Part shown: in pieces, positions 62,147-64,000 of the stretch
How the letters are laid out: each line of letters opens with the position of its first letter
How positions within the stretch are numbered: the stretch's first letter is position 1
Assembly (NCBI RefSeq): GCF_022483985.1
Contig: NZ_JAKVME010000003.1
Span: forward strand, 9,442 to 73,441
DNA from: Acetobacter sp.
GTDB taxonomy: Bacteria > Pseudomonadota > Alphaproteobacteria > Acetobacterales > Acetobacteraceae
DNA length: 64,000 nucleotides
Reading direction: 5' to 3'
Notes under the pieces: generated by a model
What the model saw: only the letters and a program-made list of their open reading frames with translations
The model's database searches: none
What the model was told of the DNA's origin: nothing
Program-made: the position numbers and the translations under genes

Positions 62147-63303
62147 CGAACAACCCAATCCAGAAGCCTGCCGATGTCCCGCTTGAAGATACGACTAAAG
62201 TCAGCGTCGATTGGCTGAAACTCGACCACGAGAACCCTCGTCTTGTGGGTATAAGCGCTCGCACGACAGATGAAAGCATTGTGGCGCAGCTTTACCGGGG
62301 CGAAGAATTGGGCGAGTTGCTCCAGTCTATTTCGGCGAACGGCTATCTGGACATCGAGCCTCTGATCGTCTGGTTGGACCCCGCCGACCAGAAATTCACA
62401 GTTCTTGAAGGCAACCGCAGGCTTGCAGCTATTCGTCTGTTTCGCGAGCCTGCGTTTGTTGATGCCATTGCCAAAAATGAACGCATTAAGATCGGCGTCC
62501 CTGTAATCAACAACGCGGTTGAGGCATCGCTTGCCGAGGTATCTGTCTATCGCGTCCCTGACCGGGACGCGGCTCGCTCATTCATCGGCTTCAAACACAT
62601 CAACGGCGCGGCGAAGTGGGAATCTTACGCCAAGGCAAAATTTGCAGCGGGGTGGTACAATTCCGGGAATGTGTCGCTGGAGGAAATTTCTGAGAAGATC
62701 GGTGACCGGCATGACACGATCAAGCGAATGGTTGCCGCGATTTACGTTCTGGATCAGGCCGAGCGTCAGGGCGTCTTTTCGCTAACAGATCGTAAGATCA
62801 CCAAGTTCAATTTCTCGCATCTGTATACGGCCCTCTCCCGCTCAACATACATGAGCTATTTGGGGCTTGAGACCGCCTGGTCTCGGTATGACCCGCAGCC
62901 TGATCCGGTGCCGGCTGATAAGCTGGACCGCCTGCGGGAAGTGCTGGTCTGGATTTATGGTTCTAAGGATGATGATAAGGAACCAGTTGTCCAGTCGCAA
63001 AACCCCGACATCAAGAACCTTGGCGAAACGCTCGCAAGCGCCGAAGGACTCCATATCCTGCGCGCAGGCGGCACACTGGCAGAAGCGCACGCAAGCACCA
63101 AGCCAGCCGATGAAACCCTTTCGGCGTCGCTGATTCGTGCCCGCAGCGTCTTACGGGAGGCGGCGAACAGCCTTCGAGGCTATGACGGACGCGATCAGTC
63201 CCTTCTGAACATTGCGGAAGACGTGTCTGAGACTGCGCAAACCATTTATGATCGAATGAGGAAGAAATTCCGCGATGCCATGGGGGACGGCCGTGGCAGT
63301 TGA
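62143..63303 (+). CDS. ParB/Srx N-terminal-domain protein (paralog type of 56010..57500)
   Basis: VDWLKLDHENPRL and FTVLEGNRRLAAIRLF (GxxRxxA). A shared downstream block: GFKHINGAAKWESYAKAKF here, versus ERNHSGQNGGIGRKSWDADQKSRF in the other copy. I see no ParB HTH or dimerisation region. Confidence 0.7.
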   Translation: MTNNPIQKPADVPLEDTTKVSVDWLKLDHENPRLVGISARTTDESIVAQLYRGEELGELLQSISANGYLDIEPLIVWLDPADQKFTVLEGNRRLAAIRLFREPAFVDAIAKNERIKIGVPVINNAVEASLAEVSVYRVPDRDAARSFIGFKHINGAAKWESYAKAKFAAGWYNSGNVSLEEISEKIGDRHDTIKRMVAAIYVLDQAERQGVFSLTDRKITKFNFSHLYTALSRSTYMSYLGLETAWSRYDPQPDPVPADKLDRLREVLVWIYGSKDDDKEPVVQSQNPDIKNLGETLASAEGLHILRAGGTLAEAHASTKPADETLSASLIRARSVLREAANSLRGYDGRDQSLLNIAEDVSETAQTIYDRMRKKFRDAMGDGRGS

Positions 63304-64000
63304 ACTTTATTTTCCACATGATGAAGTGGACACCAAAAAGCCGAACTTCGATCTTGCCGCTGACTATCTTGAACTGACGGCTTTCTTTTCAGAAGAAGCT
63401 AGGTCATTTACGAAAGACCTAATTAACGCGACAGAGATTGGCGCAGAAGACGACTACGAGACTGCCGATGAAGAGATGACCGACCGGGAAGAAATCGTTT
63501 CCGGGGCGGTCAGACGAATTGACGGCAGACGTGACGCGCTTGGCGAATCTTACCCATTCACTCTGGATGAGAATGGCGATGTCCTGACATATGGCGGGAA
63601 TGATCCTTCCTACGGGCAAGCCGCCTATATCCTCTCGCTCATTCTTTCGCATCTGAAGGCATTATCGCCAATTCTCGATGGATCGGCTGTTTATCCGACA
63701 GACGCGGAAATTATAGAGCTTAGGAAATATTTCCAGTATTTTGCGACGGCAGCGTTGGCGGCAGAAGTAAATGGTCGGGCTTGGTCTTTCGGTCATCCCC
63801 GACCGGACAAGACCAATTTTCACACGAAGCTCGCCGAAATATGGGGGGTATTTCGAGATGGCGTTCTACAGGCAGCCGTGGGCGTGCCTGACAGGCCGCA
63901 AGATGACCAGATAGACGTTTTCGCAGCTCGTCTCCAACCGGATGGTCTCCCCGGCTTTCTACTTGCCGCAGGACAAGTCGCGACTGGCAATAACTGGCGT
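63275..64000 (+). CDS. unknown protein, 3' end beyond the window (third gene of the XRE/ParB-like operon)
   Basis: The frame is open with no stop from 63275 (ATG) or 63293 (GTG) to 64000, as checked by reading the codons. It overlaps the upstream stop. The visible end carries DDQIDVFAA..x20..GQVATGNNW. It is absent from the supplied ORF track because no stop codon is reached. Confidence 0.6.
   Translation, partial: MPWGTAVAVELYFPHDEVDTKKPNFDLAADYLELTAFFSEEARSFTKDLINATEIGAEDDYETADEEMTDREEIVSGAVRRIDGRRDALGESYPFTLDENGDVLTYGGNDPSYGQAAYILSLILSHLKALSPILDGSAVYPTDAEIIELRKYFQYFATAALAAEVNGRAWSFGHPRPDKTNFHTKLAEIWGVFRDGVLQAAVGVPDRPQDDQIDVFAARLQPDGLPGFLLAAGQVATGNNWR

Noticed and set aside
1-64000. CRISPR arrays, rRNA, tRNA and tmRNA
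   Set aside because: I noticed no regularly spaced direct repeats and no tRNA T-loop/acceptor pattern (for example GGTTCGAATCC-type) outside coding sequence. The integrase remnants have no adjacent tRNA in this window.

Overview
High-GC alphaproteobacterial chromosome segment. An Acetobacteraceae-like origin is only a guess from IS types and gene content.

- **1-15.2 kb, ordinary core genes:** rfbA(partial)-rfbC-rfbD plus a GT2 glycosyltransferase, corA, rho, a tandem-Usp protein, crcB, a large LplT-PlsC-Aas fusion, and a Tat-exported phospholipase C.
- **15.2-25.7 kb, AT-rich island on one strand:** a seven-gene block with a frameshifted TonB-dependent receptor, two paralogous isochorismatase-like cysteine hydrolases, a secreted type-B carboxylesterase, a secreted LIP-family lipase, an MFS transporter and a MATE transporter.
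- **25.7-26.2 kb:** scraps of an IS5-family element, a MerR-like gene and an integrase.
- **26.2-35.1 kb:** a Cys-type (non-selenocysteine) FDH-N/O formate dehydrogenase cluster with fdhD/fdhE and mobA/mobB/moeA.
- **35.5 kb:** an IS3-family scrap.
- **35.6-46.0 kb:** a urt-like urea/short-chain-amide ABC transporter, a hybrid histidine kinase whose sensor is a permease-like 12-TM domain, a LuxR-type response regulator and an AmiF-type formamidase. A near-identical palindrome upstream of both urtA and amiF ties these together.
- **46.1-48.6 kb:** IS5-family remnants around an orphan low-GC LysR gene.
- **48.6-64 kb, a heavily decayed integrative conjugative element:** fragments of integrase, DNA methylase, traG, DUF2493, DUF932 and DUF2274, plus a trbB-C-D-(deletion)-G'-I remnant. 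It still carries intact cargo:
  - an MNT/HEPN pair;
  - a very AT-rich Dam-methylase plus ParB-like cassette;
  - an XRE / ParB-like / unknown-gene operon that runs off the window end.

The two ParB-like modules and the permease-fused kinase regulon are the best candidates for undescribed biology. I recognised no rRNA, tRNA or CRISPR array.
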